This document shows, piece after piece, positions 35,131 through 44,370 of a stretch of DNA of 64,000 nucleotides. The first letter of the stretch is position 1. The number at the start of each line of letters is the position of its first letter. Below the pieces are notes generated by a model. It had not been told where the DNA came from and did no database searches. It saw only the letters and a program-made list of their open reading frames with translations. Position numbers and translations under genes: made by a program. Source of the DNA: Lingula anatina (lineage: Eukaryota; Animalia; Brachiopoda); NCBI GenBank assembly GCA_051362555.1, contig CM120647.1, positions 13,058,651-13,122,650 of the forward strand. Reading direction: 5' to 3'.

Positions 35131-35605
35131 CTCGATCTCGACCATTTGTTACCTTCAGCTGTTTGAACCATATTTACAGGCGAGAATGCACAGCTTCAAC
35201 GCGCTATAAAAAAGCCACAAGAAGAAATAGAGAAACGTGGTTTTCAACACGTGACTGTTTAAAAAGCGTTCTTTTTTAAATAGATATTAAAACCAATCCA
35301 TTACCCTTACTCTTTGTAACATAAACGTGTATTCATTGAAGCTGCTACGTGTATTTCTCATTCATGTCGCTTACATCATATTAAAGAAAAAGATAAGGAG
35401 GTCGCTTATGACAAATATGTCACACTCTTTTACATTCCAGGGAGACAGTGGCGGCCCCTTGGTGTGTAAGGTCCACGGCGTCTGGGTCCTGGCTGGCGTC
35501 ACCTCGTGGGGGTACAGCGGCTGCCGAGAACTGGGGTTCCCTAATGTCTACACACGCGTGTCTGAGTATGCAAATTGGCTGAGGGATACCATCAATTCTA
35601 ATTAA
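20224..35605 (+). CDS. Secreted S1A serine protease (chymotrypsin/elastase-type pocket) with N-terminal six-Cys clip/beta-defensin-like domain, 316 aa
   Basis: Exons: 20224-20278 (signal peptide [19 protein letters not shown]), 20621-20770 (Cys module, GC donor), 22041-22209 (SCG..R|IVGG..WPWQVSL..CGG..TAAHC), 22476-22581, 23083-23251 (NDIAL..ITGWG), 34676-34812, 35441-35605 (GDSGGP..SWG..VYTRV). Total 951 nt in frame with an intact His/Asp/Ser triad. Confidence 0.93.
23649..23783 (+). promoter_or_regulatory. LTR promoter: DR1-like nuclear-receptor half sites, ATF/CRE-like site, TATA box and downstream splice donor
   Basis: cgaccttcgacctttgacc (23648-23667), tgacgtaa (23680-23687), TATAAATA (23695-23702) and CCA|GTGAGT donor at 23778. 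Confidence 0.6.
24100..25756. repeat. GTTATCT (AGATAAC) higher-order tandem array in the 5' LTR
   Basis: ~67-bp subunits with five TTATCT cores each. Spacers gagaacat and gatcaaag alternate to give a ~134-bp higher-order repeat (gatcaaag at 24247 and 24381). Confidence 0.97.
25830..26240. repeat. ~150-160-bp direct repeats (x3) inside the LTR
   Basis: agtaaggcgactggcaagcttatgtaactatgg...caccctctctttaataaagtgct at 25832 and 25994, with a diverged copy at 26141. Confidence 0.85.
26652..26980. repeat. 95-bp CpG-rich tandem repeat (~3.5 copies) inside the LTR
   Basis: aacgagg..gtcct.cgc.t.gttaccac.agagat recurs at 26691, 26786 and 26881. Confidence 0.85.
27240..27257 (+). other. Primer binding site complementary to tRNA-Leu 3' end
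   Basis: TGGTGGCAGCGGTGGGAT, 1 nt after the LTR, is the reverse complement of ATCCCACCGCTGCCA-CCA, the 3' end of eukaryotic tRNA-Leu. Confidence 0.88.
27375..28382 (+). CDS. gag: Retrotransposon Gag with CCHC zinc knuckle
   Basis: Intact ORF from MATNGKRE. It has a capsid-like [40 protein letters not shown] region and a [14 protein letters not shown] knuckle. Confidence 0.93.
   Translation: MATNGKREDADMASESRESEVILNLREATPREGAPVGSSASTIAEDEVVTEESPQVIRRFLASPGLPRAGSGLNYGRRPSYVPDRYEGNTPWADYYCHFESCARINGWDEEEKAGFLAASLRGTAQATLSDAQEDGRMVSYRQLVHLLAQRFGPGRGAELYVAELRNRRRRPNETLRELGQAIKRLTALAYPELNRESQDRLARIHFQDAVDDRDLRSRIFQAQCRSLEDAIRAAAGMESFLEAERIGEKSHMRRQVRVTSAEPCEDEKVKQLEQEVRKLKAELERRTVNQGYRKEATCYRCGNKGHYARDCRTEPHQGNGTWSRQWTETRPRKQ
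28328..29542 (+). CDS. pol: Truncated Pol: aspartic protease, ending just before RT
   Basis: Lies in the -1 frame relative to gag and is open from the G GGA AAC slippery site. It has LLVDTGA and GILGIDFL protease motifs and the pre-RT linker [25 protein letters not shown]. Similarity is then lost at ~29390, with no YxDD, RNaseH or integrase. Confidence 0.9.
   Translation, partial: GKRNLVTSVDRDKAKKAVKVPNEDDGDVHNGRIPASDVSKGLFVVAKIFSVPVTLLVDTGATDTIISLKSYQAIESYRRPTLENLNEVVYQADGKPLPVYGQAWVDLQVGQTITQKKVIVAEVPYDGILGIDFLLQKGSVLDFNGFQISCEGQKIPCVNKEATPFIAAVKVKHNTLVPPGHEVVVEGELFSSDQPGRSMSGIIENTRPDKIAGRGLLVARAFLDLSTEPLPVKVYNPGPDPITLYQGTTVGTVTEAEEVRSLPPCSTGTWIRSVNKSPATPDLPEFLHDIWRRSCKHLSEAEKEDVKQLLTEFQDIFAEGDMDLGRTDVVKQSIDTGNAAPIRQPYRCLPNKQIVEDYRCDVWISLFLPRRWHSVSAGSSCSKLSAPLRVEGEASCPKVRQPGH
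29797..30306 (+). CDS. Accessory ORF: two C2H2 zinc fingers plus acidic/Pro-rich tail (169 aa)
   Basis: CKYC-x12-HEVAMH and CMEKNC-x12-HQQARH fingers. The ATG is preceded by a splice-acceptor-like cacctttattttag (AG at 29793-29794). The ORF sits in the env position before the PPT. Confidence 0.82.
   Translation: MPGQKCKYCSLHFSSRSNRRRHEVAMHETYKCMEKNCDRSYTTESELMKHQQARHQPVQVMVGREEEASLLEETPAEEPPRKAPRPTTGGKGIRLNMTPEPPTGGWSSDEDVDVEDGESTPMPARKSPAARVDQLDTSIATLYGRVTRFTEKETIYPDGRRMIVRNFFC
30567..30582 (+). other. Polypurine tract
   Basis: aaaagggtgggggcag directly abuts the 3' LTR. Confidence 0.85.
30583..34466 (+). repeat. 3' LTR (3,884 bp), including a second GTTATCT array at ~31328-32984
   Basis: Same sequence as the 5' LTR at offset +7228, with all ORF-track translations identical. 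AATAAA lies at 34334-34339. Confidence 0.97.
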
Positions 35606-35995
35606 ACTACTCAATAGGGGGCGTGTCTGAGTATGCAAATTAGCTGAGGGATACCATCAATTCCAATTAATCAACTCTATAGGGGGCGTGTCTGAGTATG
35701 AAAACTGGCTGAGGGATACCATCAATTCCAATTAAACAATATCTCATAATTCACTTTGAATATACTAGTAGAAGTCTCTGTTTACATTGAGAAACCTTGA
35801 TGACTACCACATAGTTGAATCCAGGTAGCATGTCTGAGTGTGCAAATTCGCTGAAGGATATTATCCATTCCAATAAAACAACTGTATATCATTTTTATCT
35901 TTGAAAAGAAAAGTTCCATTGTACATTGCAAAACCTTGATGACAACCACAAAGATGAATCCATAGGGCGTGTGTGAGTATGTAAATTGGTTAGTG
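35556..35995. repeat. Tandem copies of the protease C-terminal codons and stop in the 3' UTR
   Basis: gcgtgtctgagtatgcaaattggctgagggataccatcaattc.aattaa at ~35556 (coding), 35621, 35686, ~35828 and partially at ~35967. Confidence 0.88.
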
Positions 35996-36597
35996 GGTCA
36001 TCTATTTTTATCATTTACATGCTCAGACACGTCCCCCTGGATTTAGCTTTACCGTAGCCTAAAACTGGACAAAGAGTAAGTTTGCCCAGCAGCTGCACAT
36101 TTTTCTCGGATTGACGTAAAAGCGCCGTCACGCGCGCGCAGGAAAGCACACAAGCGGACCCCAAAACTGGAACGGTTCTAATTCACGGTTCTAATCTTAA
36201 AAGCGATACTCCAGAAACTTGTTATTTTACAATTGGCAAATTGTGCAATAGATAATGAAGATAAACTGATGTATGATTAACCATGGCTATATATGAATCG
36301 GTATTTGGTTTGGTCAGGTGATCGTCGGATGCCAAGCATATTTCAAAGTCTCTTTAAGCCAACGACCTCCAAATAAGACCCTAAGTGCCACTTCAGAGAA
36401 CCTAATAATAACTAATAATAATATTAGTAAAAATATACCAAAACTGATATTTTTGGTAACTAATTGTAGGTTATTTAAATAGTCACTCGATTTTGTGGTC
36501 GAAGCACATGTACTTATTTAAAAATTGCTACAGTCGCTGGTGAATCTAAGCCATTCCAAATATGTTTCTGGCAATTAATGTAAACAAAGATTATAAA

Positions 36598-39098
36598 TCA
36601 GCAAGGGATTTTGTACTCCTCCACATATTCTTTAAAATGCCCCAAAACTTCCTCCTCCGTCAGGTGATAACGCTTCAGGTCATACTTGTGGCGGCCGTGT
36701 TTGTTTTGTGGATTTTCCTTAACAAACACCTCCATCTTGTCTTTCCCTTGGTCAGTCAGCTCAAGGCCAAAGTGATCGTATATTTTCTTCACAGCATCAA
36801 GGGGTGATCTAACAAGGTCGTCAAACGCAATATCAATGAATCTGTGCTCCAGTTCTGGGTGGTTCTTCCTAAACTTCATCATCTCTATTCCACCGTGGAG
36901 GAATGCCCAATTCAACACTTCCCTTCCAAGTTGCTCTAAATCTATATCACAATGTTTATAGGCTAGAAGTTTGTAAGTTTCACGGAGAGAACACAGGGAA
37001 GCAACGGATGTGCACGGATTGCGGTAGGTGTGAACGAAGATTGCGTCGAGATACACCTTGAGTATGGCATCCAGGGGGGGGGGGGGGTATCAGCTAAACT
37101 TAATTTTTTTGATCAATCTTTGAAACAGAGTTGAGTTGGGAAATGCAAATGCGATATGCGAGATATTAACTTAAACGTTTCCACAAATTTGAGGCAGATG
37201 TTTGTATACCACGTACATGTAACTTTAGATGCAAACGTATCTCCAAATTAAAGTTAATAACTGATCAGTTACCAACAATTTCAAAAGGGGGGGGGTCTTT
37301 TAAACAATTGCGGACCTTTTTACCTCCTTAGTTGACCTTACTGAAGGCATGGAAGTGTTTAGATCAATGTTTGTTTCAGAGTAGAACTTTTTAGACAAAA
37401 GGGTATTTAATTGGTTTCGAACCCATTGCGCCCCCTCGCCTCAGGCGTTGAGAAAAACCTCACCTCTACCATTCAGTATAAGCTGTGTTTGCAGTTTATG
37501 GAAACGGTATGCCTCAACCATTTCCTCATTGGTTCTTGCCTCATACCACGTGACGTACTCTCCACTGTTGCCGCCTTGGAAAGCAGGTGCCTTGAACACG
37601 CCGATGTTTTCAAAGAGGTGATGTCCCTCGTATGGACTTCCAGCTTCCATCTTGTGAATGCTTTTCATCTGTGCCACGGTCTCGTTCATCGAGGCTGAAA
37701 TAGGGAGGTTTTTTTTAATTTACATCGAGGCTGAAATAGGGAGGTCTTATTTTTCAGTGAAAAACAAAAAGACTATGCAAGCACAGATAACGTCACTTTT
37801 TGATGAAAGTGGAGATTTTCTCAGTTTATTGACATTCTACAGTATATTCCGGGTATGAATAGAAAGATAATGCCATAACTTTACTGTTTAAAATGTGTGT
37901 AAGAACTTAGGAAGAAAAGTTTCCGACTATTTTCGGTAGCCTTTCCTTAATCAGCAAGGCAACCTCACTCAGGAACGAAACGTAGCTGTTTCACTAATAT
38001 TTTGGTCCAAAGTAAGTGACTGCTGTCACTAAAATCATCAGTAAAAGTACTGTTATATTACTAGTATATAAAGGTCTACCGCTTAGGTTGTCACCTAGCT
38101 GCCACTGACCTTGTGCTTGCTTTTCTTTCAAAATACGCGGATCCGTGCCGACAGTGGCGACATCTACAACTGGATGAAGAACTTCATAATACATTAGGGA
38201 CGTATTCTGGGGATCTTGAAATAGCAGTTCTTGAAGGAAAGATGTCCCAGTTCGACAAGGTCCAATGATGAAAATTGGCCTCTTGATTGAAAACTGCAAA
38301 AAGTTTACATTATCTCTGGTAGGCTATCAATAAATGAATAAAATTGGTCACAGGGCATCTTCCGAACTATATGATTTAAAAGATCAATCAAAATATTAAC
38401 TCTTTGGCAGGCAATTAAATCGAGACATAAGTAAAACCTAGTAGGCAAAAACAGTATCCATTCACAGCAAAGATTGTGACGAAATTGGTATTTTGTCATA
38501 TAATGACAACACAGACCTCTGTCGTTTTATTAGTAACCGTATACATGCACGATTTTAGGATCGCCTGTACCGTTTTCTATCATTGGCTTGTCACGCTCTA
38601 ACGGTACACGGCTCTATATGCTTAAGTCCCAAATATTCAAATTAAAAGAATAAGTGAGTTGGCCAGAGAAATGGAGCAGTCAAATGGACGCATCCGCGTC
38701 ATCTCTTGTGACCTTGAACTATCGTAAACTATTGCAAAAGATCAAGGTCAAATTAGCCTTATTACCGGCAATACTGGTTTTCCTATTGTTTAGAATGTAT
38801 AAATTGTTCGACGTGGACACAAACTTATGCTTTTTACTTACGACTTAAGAAAAATTAGCACATTAAGTGTGATTAACGGTCTTCTATATTTACGTACATT
38901 TAATAAGTATATACAATACAATACAATACAATACAATACAATACAATAAATTTTATTTCATGTCGGGTATAAATTGAAAGGAAACATTAGCTTTACAGCT
39001 ATTCGCCGACTGGGTAAGGACAAAAACATATCTACAATAATGCAATATTTACACATGAAGTCTAGTAAGCTATTGAAAGGGAAATCTTTCGACAAATA

Positions 39099-39132
<34 letters not shown>

Positions 39133-39552
39133 TTTTACAAAGAGTATACCAGAAACACATGAAATCTATTAAGATAATAATTGGAAAAAAAGTCTTTCTA
39201 TGGGAAATGTGCAAAATGCTATACACTGTTAATTATGGAAATGGTTTGAAACGAGATCGAGGGACACCCTTTAGCCTACACATAGTATACTAACCTTACT
39301 TAAGTCAACTGACCGCAGTCGTCTTGAAATCGCTAGCCGGTTTTTAAGGACATCAACCAAGCGAGCTTCAACCCTCTGTCTCCCTGCCGAAGTTAAATTT
39401 TTGTCTTCACGAAAGCATCTCAATAATAAGGTAAATCCCTCATACCACCAACGGCCGGTGAGGGTGTCCGACAACAGCAACTCACGATCTTCTTGGGAGA
39501 AATGTGTAAAAATACTTTCCTCTGTTAGAGGAAAAGGCTGTCCTTGAGACAT
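36598..39552 (-). pseudogene. Sulfotransferase (Sulfotransfer_3-like) copy A; the acceptor and first codons of exon 4 are deleted
   Basis: Exons 39295-39552, 38110-38293 (RPIFIIGPCRTGTS, PAPS 5'-PSB loop), 37464-37694 and 36598-~37074. Where paralogs have ...FxxNxHSLYL plus an acceptor, this copy has a G-run at 37074-37087. Confidence 0.75.
38912..38948. repeat. (CAATA)n microsatellite
   Basis: About 7 tandem caata units. Confidence 0.9.
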
Positions 39553-39848
39553 TATGCGATATAGGGATATGGCACCACGAAATGCAAAACATGTACTGGA
39601 TACGTATATATATATCCCAAGGAGCTTCTATACTACGATAACGCCAAGGAGATATCTGTATCAAATAGTCTGAAAGCCAGTCGCTTATGTAGATTTATCA
39701 ATGTTTGTTTAGTTTAATCTAGTCTGTCCACCCCAGCAACGCAGAGAGGCTAGCAAGATCATGTGTGCACCAGCTGAGCACTCACACTTGACCCAATTTG
39801 ATTAATTATTAAAGAATGAATAATCTTTTCTCAAGGTTACACATTTTA

Positions 39849-41346
39849 AACCCCCTTTTCACTGGGCGGCGTCCTTTCTGAGGCTTATGTACCATCACGA
39901 AACTGATCAGCTGGTCGCCGTCGGACGCACAAAGGACGCACGGTGATCACACAAAGGTCGTTCAAGCTGCGCCGAGGACGCCATGGTCGCCCCTTAAGGG
40001 CCCCTTTACACTGGACGGCGTCCTTTCTGCGTCCCTTCTGCGTTCAAAAATGTGGTCAGGACGCTCAACTATCGCCAAAGCAATTAAATCGTGTCTCAGT
40101 GTAAAGGCGTCTGCGTCCCTTGTGCGTCCTTTGAACGACCGAATCTTGATTTTACCTGTAAAACTGCGAGCAACCTGCCTGCCTCCACTGTACGTCCCCT
40201 GTGCAAACCAAGGCGTCCATTGCGATGTTAGAGCGACCATAAAGCATTCTTGCTGTGTTCTCTGTACCTTCATCGGCGATCAGTGGCGTCTATTCTACGA
40301 TCATTTTGCATCCTGTTTGACCGATGAGCGTTGTTTGGGCGTCCTCTATATTCTAACTCATATTTTTTCATCGGTTCTAACCAGATTATCCAATAAAGAA
40401 CATTTCCAGCACACAAAACAAATAAATGGGAATAAACGCTTAAAACTATAGTGATGCAAGGTCTGCATGGACTGATAATCAGCCAGATGCTCATTGTTAT
40501 CCTTATAAGAAGGATGGACAGGCGCCGAAAACGAAAAAGTGTGACTGACACAGCATAGATTATTTGAATCCGTTTTCAAAAGACGCATTCTGCAAAAGGT
40601 TCTGGCAATTAATGCATCTTGTAAAAAGGCAAAATATTCGTTTTAATAATAACCTTAAAAAAAGGATCATTTCATGAATTTTAGGGGAAAAAACAATCGG
40701 AGGCTGATATGAGACCACTGTTGCCCTTAGATTTCCTGTCTGGTGAAAAATACCTCAGCACGGCCCCGTTTGAGAGTGAAAAAAAAATGTTCTACGTGCC
40801 GAACACTGGACGATCTTTGCGTTTTCATTCTGCAACCAAAGCGATGCTTGTGCCTCCTTTCTACGACCGCGGCGATGCTTGTGCGTCCTCTATGCGACCG
40901 CGGCGATGCTTGTGCGTCCTCTCTGCGACCGCGGCGGTGCTTGTGCGTCCTCTCTGCGACCGCAGCGATGCTTGTGCGTCCTTTCTGCGTCCATTGAGCG
41001 ACCATCCTCCATCGCGTTCTCTCTGCGATTTTTTTGAACATGCTCAAAACTTCGCGGCGTCCATGGCGTCCTCGGCGATGCTTGAACGTTCTTTGTGCGA
41101 CCTTGGCGATCACTGTGCTTTTCTTTGAGCGTCCGACGGCGTCCTGGCCAGTTTCATGGTCGCACAAAGACGCAGAAAGGACGCCGTCCAGTGTAAAGGG
41201 GGTTTAATTGCTGAACATGTTGAACAAAGGACGCACAAGAGACGCAGAAGCATTTACACTGAAACACAATTTTTAAATTAAAATCGCTTTGGCGACCATT
41301 GAGCGTCCTGGCCGCATTTTTGATCGTAGAAAAGGTAAAGGGGGTT
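39849..41346 (-). mobile_element. Older, diverged Harbinger-like MITE interrupted by a same-family copy
   Basis: 39849-39994 is a diverged reverse complement of the inner element's right end, and 41208-41346 is a diverged reverse complement of its left end. Confidence 0.72.
39998..41204 (+). mobile_element. PIF/Harbinger-like non-autonomous element with TAA TSD
   Basis: TAA|gggcccctttacactggacggcgtcctttctgcgtc ... gacgcagaaaggacgccgtccagtgtaaagggggtt|TAA. An internal ~30-bp tandem repeat cgaccgcggcgatgcttgtgcgtcctct runs ~40840-40985. Confidence 0.85.
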
Positions 41347-42042
41347 TTGGAATAGAGGCAATCCCACCTCATAAAGTAAATTTAAAGGGAAGAAAACTTT
41401 GTGGGGACTTAAAATCAATAAAACCCATACCCCTGCTTCTTCCTAGATCTGTCTGACGCGTTTTACCCACTTTCAGTGTAACCCTAATATTGGGAAGTTT
41501 GATGATATGCATTTACATAACGAAAATATAACTTTATTCTGGACGAATTTTATCAATTAACAAGCAAATGATTGTTTCGGTTTCAGAATCTGATGATACT
41601 AACATGCGAATGGTATTTAAGGAAAATTTCCACAAGTGTGAAAAATGTTCCAAGGTGTCAGTTTTATCTCCAAATATCCTGCAAATCAGTAATATTTCCA
41701 ATTCAAACAATACAAATAGATATATAAGCATAAAAGAAAAAAAAAAAAAAAAAAAACGATATCGATAACTTTTTCTCGAAAGTTAAAATGCCTGTAGCTG
41801 TCTATATGAATCGAGAAGTAATTTGTTTAAAAATTAAGGGCCCGGTTGAATTATGACTAATGAAAAGGTGATAACTGCTCTTTTTAAGACGAAAATTCGA
41901 TTTGGCGCAAAACTAAAAACGAATCAATAGATTATAAATGTGGAAAAACAACTCTGCATAGCCTATTCATTTTAATGAATTTCAATACGTCAGAATATAG
42001 CGAAGCAATTATTTGCATCTTTAAACCAGTTGAAAGGCCCAC

Positions 42043-43231
42043 CTCTGCTATGAAGTATAAGCTGAGTCTGCAGTTTGTGGAAACAATAAGCTTCAACCAT
42101 TTCATCATTGGCCCGGGTCTCCATCCATTTTATATACGCCTAACAGTTTCCGCTTTTAAAAACAAAATTCTTGTACACACCAACGTTATGGAATAGAAAT
42201 AAATCTTCTTCCGGAGCTAAACCCTTCTGGGGGTGGATGGTTTCCAAATCCGGTCTGGAGGCGTACATCGTGTCTAAATAATGAATAGTTATGTCATTGT
42301 AATGAATGCATATTTAAAAGCTGGTCACAGGATTTCTGTAGCCACCACGTGTGTCTGTCATCGCCATGTGTCTGTTATAATACATGTTAGGACATGTTCA
42401 CGTTGCATTTAGTTCATAATTGAAAATTGGAGGTATTTATACAGAGGCACGGTAAACCATCATGTAACTTTAAGTTTTTGTGTTCTCGTCATTTTTCACA
42501 TATTGGAATTTTCAATGTGTGACACTAAGCCCGATGATATTAACGTTTTCATAATGTCCATGTTACCTGTAACACATAAATGATCGATTACGCCTCTTTT
42601 TGCAGTATTGCACCAGAATCGACAAAAACTTTTCATTAGCATCCTCATTTTCTGATCTGTGTCTGTAGTATTGAAAGCATTGCTGCCTTGTTTTCAACAC
42701 CTGAATCCAATTGTGACTAACACATAAAAGAGGTTAAAAGCTAAAACACTGATGCAAAATGTCTTGTGGTTTTAATGCCATCAAAATATCCTACAATTTT
42801 CACTTGTGACTAGCATATGAGAGAGGTTAAAAGCTAAGACACTGATGCAAAATGTCTTGTGGCTTTAATGCCATCAAAATATCCTACAAATATCACTTGT
42901 GACTAACATATAAAAAAGGTTAACAGCTAAGATACTGATGCGAAATTTCTTGTGGTTTTAATGCCATCAAAATATCCTATGTATTAAATGCAAACTCAAA
43001 TATCTGTTACATGTGTACACATAAGCTATAGAGAGCTGTTTTATAGCTCAGTCGTACAAAATGACAATCATCCAATATGTTACAATTACTTTGACTCATT
43101 GATAAGCACAGCATTTTTTCTCTAACACAGATAGCATTCGATGTCCCTAAAGGACAGATGTCCCCCATTTTTTGATTTATATGATTTAAAATACTTTCCT
43201 TTGTCAGGGGAATCGGCTGTCCTTGGGTCAT
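42043..43231 (-). pseudogene. Sulfotransferase relic (truncated exon 1 and exon 3 with in-frame stop)
   Basis: MTQGQPIPLTKESILNH at 43231-~43180, then homology is lost. Exon 3 homolog 42043-42273 reads ...FKSGNC*AYIKWMETRANDEMVEAYCFHKLQTQLILHSR. No exon 2 or 4 is found in register. Confidence 0.85.
42712..42980. repeat. ~92-bp tandem repeat x3
   Basis: tgtgacta.cata..a.aggttaa.agctaa.acactgatgc.aaat.tcttgtgg.tttaatgccatcaaaatatccta occurs three times. Confidence 0.88.
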
Positions 43232-43785
43232 TGTTCAATATACTAGCTCACCGTACACTCAATTAGGCAGGTTGTTCGGTACTGGCAAAACATCATATGT
43301 CTTAGAAACCTCTGTATTAACGCCGTAAAAAACTTGCGTACTACAGCCGATCTACGAAGTCACAACTTGTATGTTCTTAATTTAGTCCTAGGCGCCTCAT
43401 ACATGTCAAGGTCAGCTCACGGCAACGAGCCAGTTTGGGTTTTGTGTTGGAATATTTACATGATCTATATTTAGCTCTATTTGTGTCTCGTATTCCTCTC
43501 GTTAGATGTAGACTATGCCAAAAGTGTATTAGAGCACGCACGTCCATATGTGTACCATTTTACCTATCTTCTAACATTGCATTTATTCCTATGCACTTTG
43601 CAGGTCACTGCTTAAGCGTGTCGGCAACAAAACATATTGGACATTTTTTTTCAATTTATAGTTTTCGCTGCTGGCATAAACACAATTTGTTACATGCTAT
43701 ATCTTTTATTTTACTAAATTTGATAACGAATTTGATAAAATATATAATCCGTGGTTTTTGACTAGGTTTAGGACCATTTATTCAG

Positions 43786-43880
43786 GCCCCCATTAAACGG
43801 CCGATTTTCATTATTATCCCTTGTCGCACAGGGTCAACTTTCCTCCAAAACCTCTTATTCGCCGATACGCAGAATGCATA
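43786..43880 (+). pseudogene. Isolated, inverted fragment of sulfotransferase exon 2
   Basis: After ttcag it reads APIKRPIFIIIPCRTGSTFLQNLLFADTQNA, opposite in orientation to the neighbouring copies. Confidence 0.8.
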
Positions 43881-44370
43881 CTTTAAATGTAATGAACTTA
43901 TGGAATAAGTTGTACATGCCAATTAATATAACGTCGTTGAAGACACACGGATTTTGAAAACTACTAGTACACAAGTAATAGGTAAACACCATTTTAAACA
44001 AGTATAAATGATTTCGTGTAGGATTGGCAAAAGATGCGGTTGTATCATTAAAAGAACATTATTAATGTAACTAGCTTTACTGCTTTTGATCAAATGATAT
44101 GTTTGTTGCCACGTTTCACTATGGCACCTAGTAAATGTGACAAAGTTAAAGGCAAGGTAAAACGTATTTGAGCAAAACTTGGTATTAATTACCAACAGAA
44201 TATGATCTAAAAACCCCAACCATTTGACGGCTGATAAAAGTTAACACTGATTATGAACATGGTGTTTTGTACTCCTCGCTGAACTATTTAAGCAAAACGT
44301 GATATCGATTACCAAGATAATATAATCTAAAAATTCCAACCATTTGACGGCTGATGAAAGAAAACACTGA

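Noticed and set aside
39962-41372. ORFs of 70-146 aa as a transposase or host gene
   Set aside because: They derive from the MITE's GC-rich subterminal and 30-bp repeats, with no DDE or Myb-like motifs.
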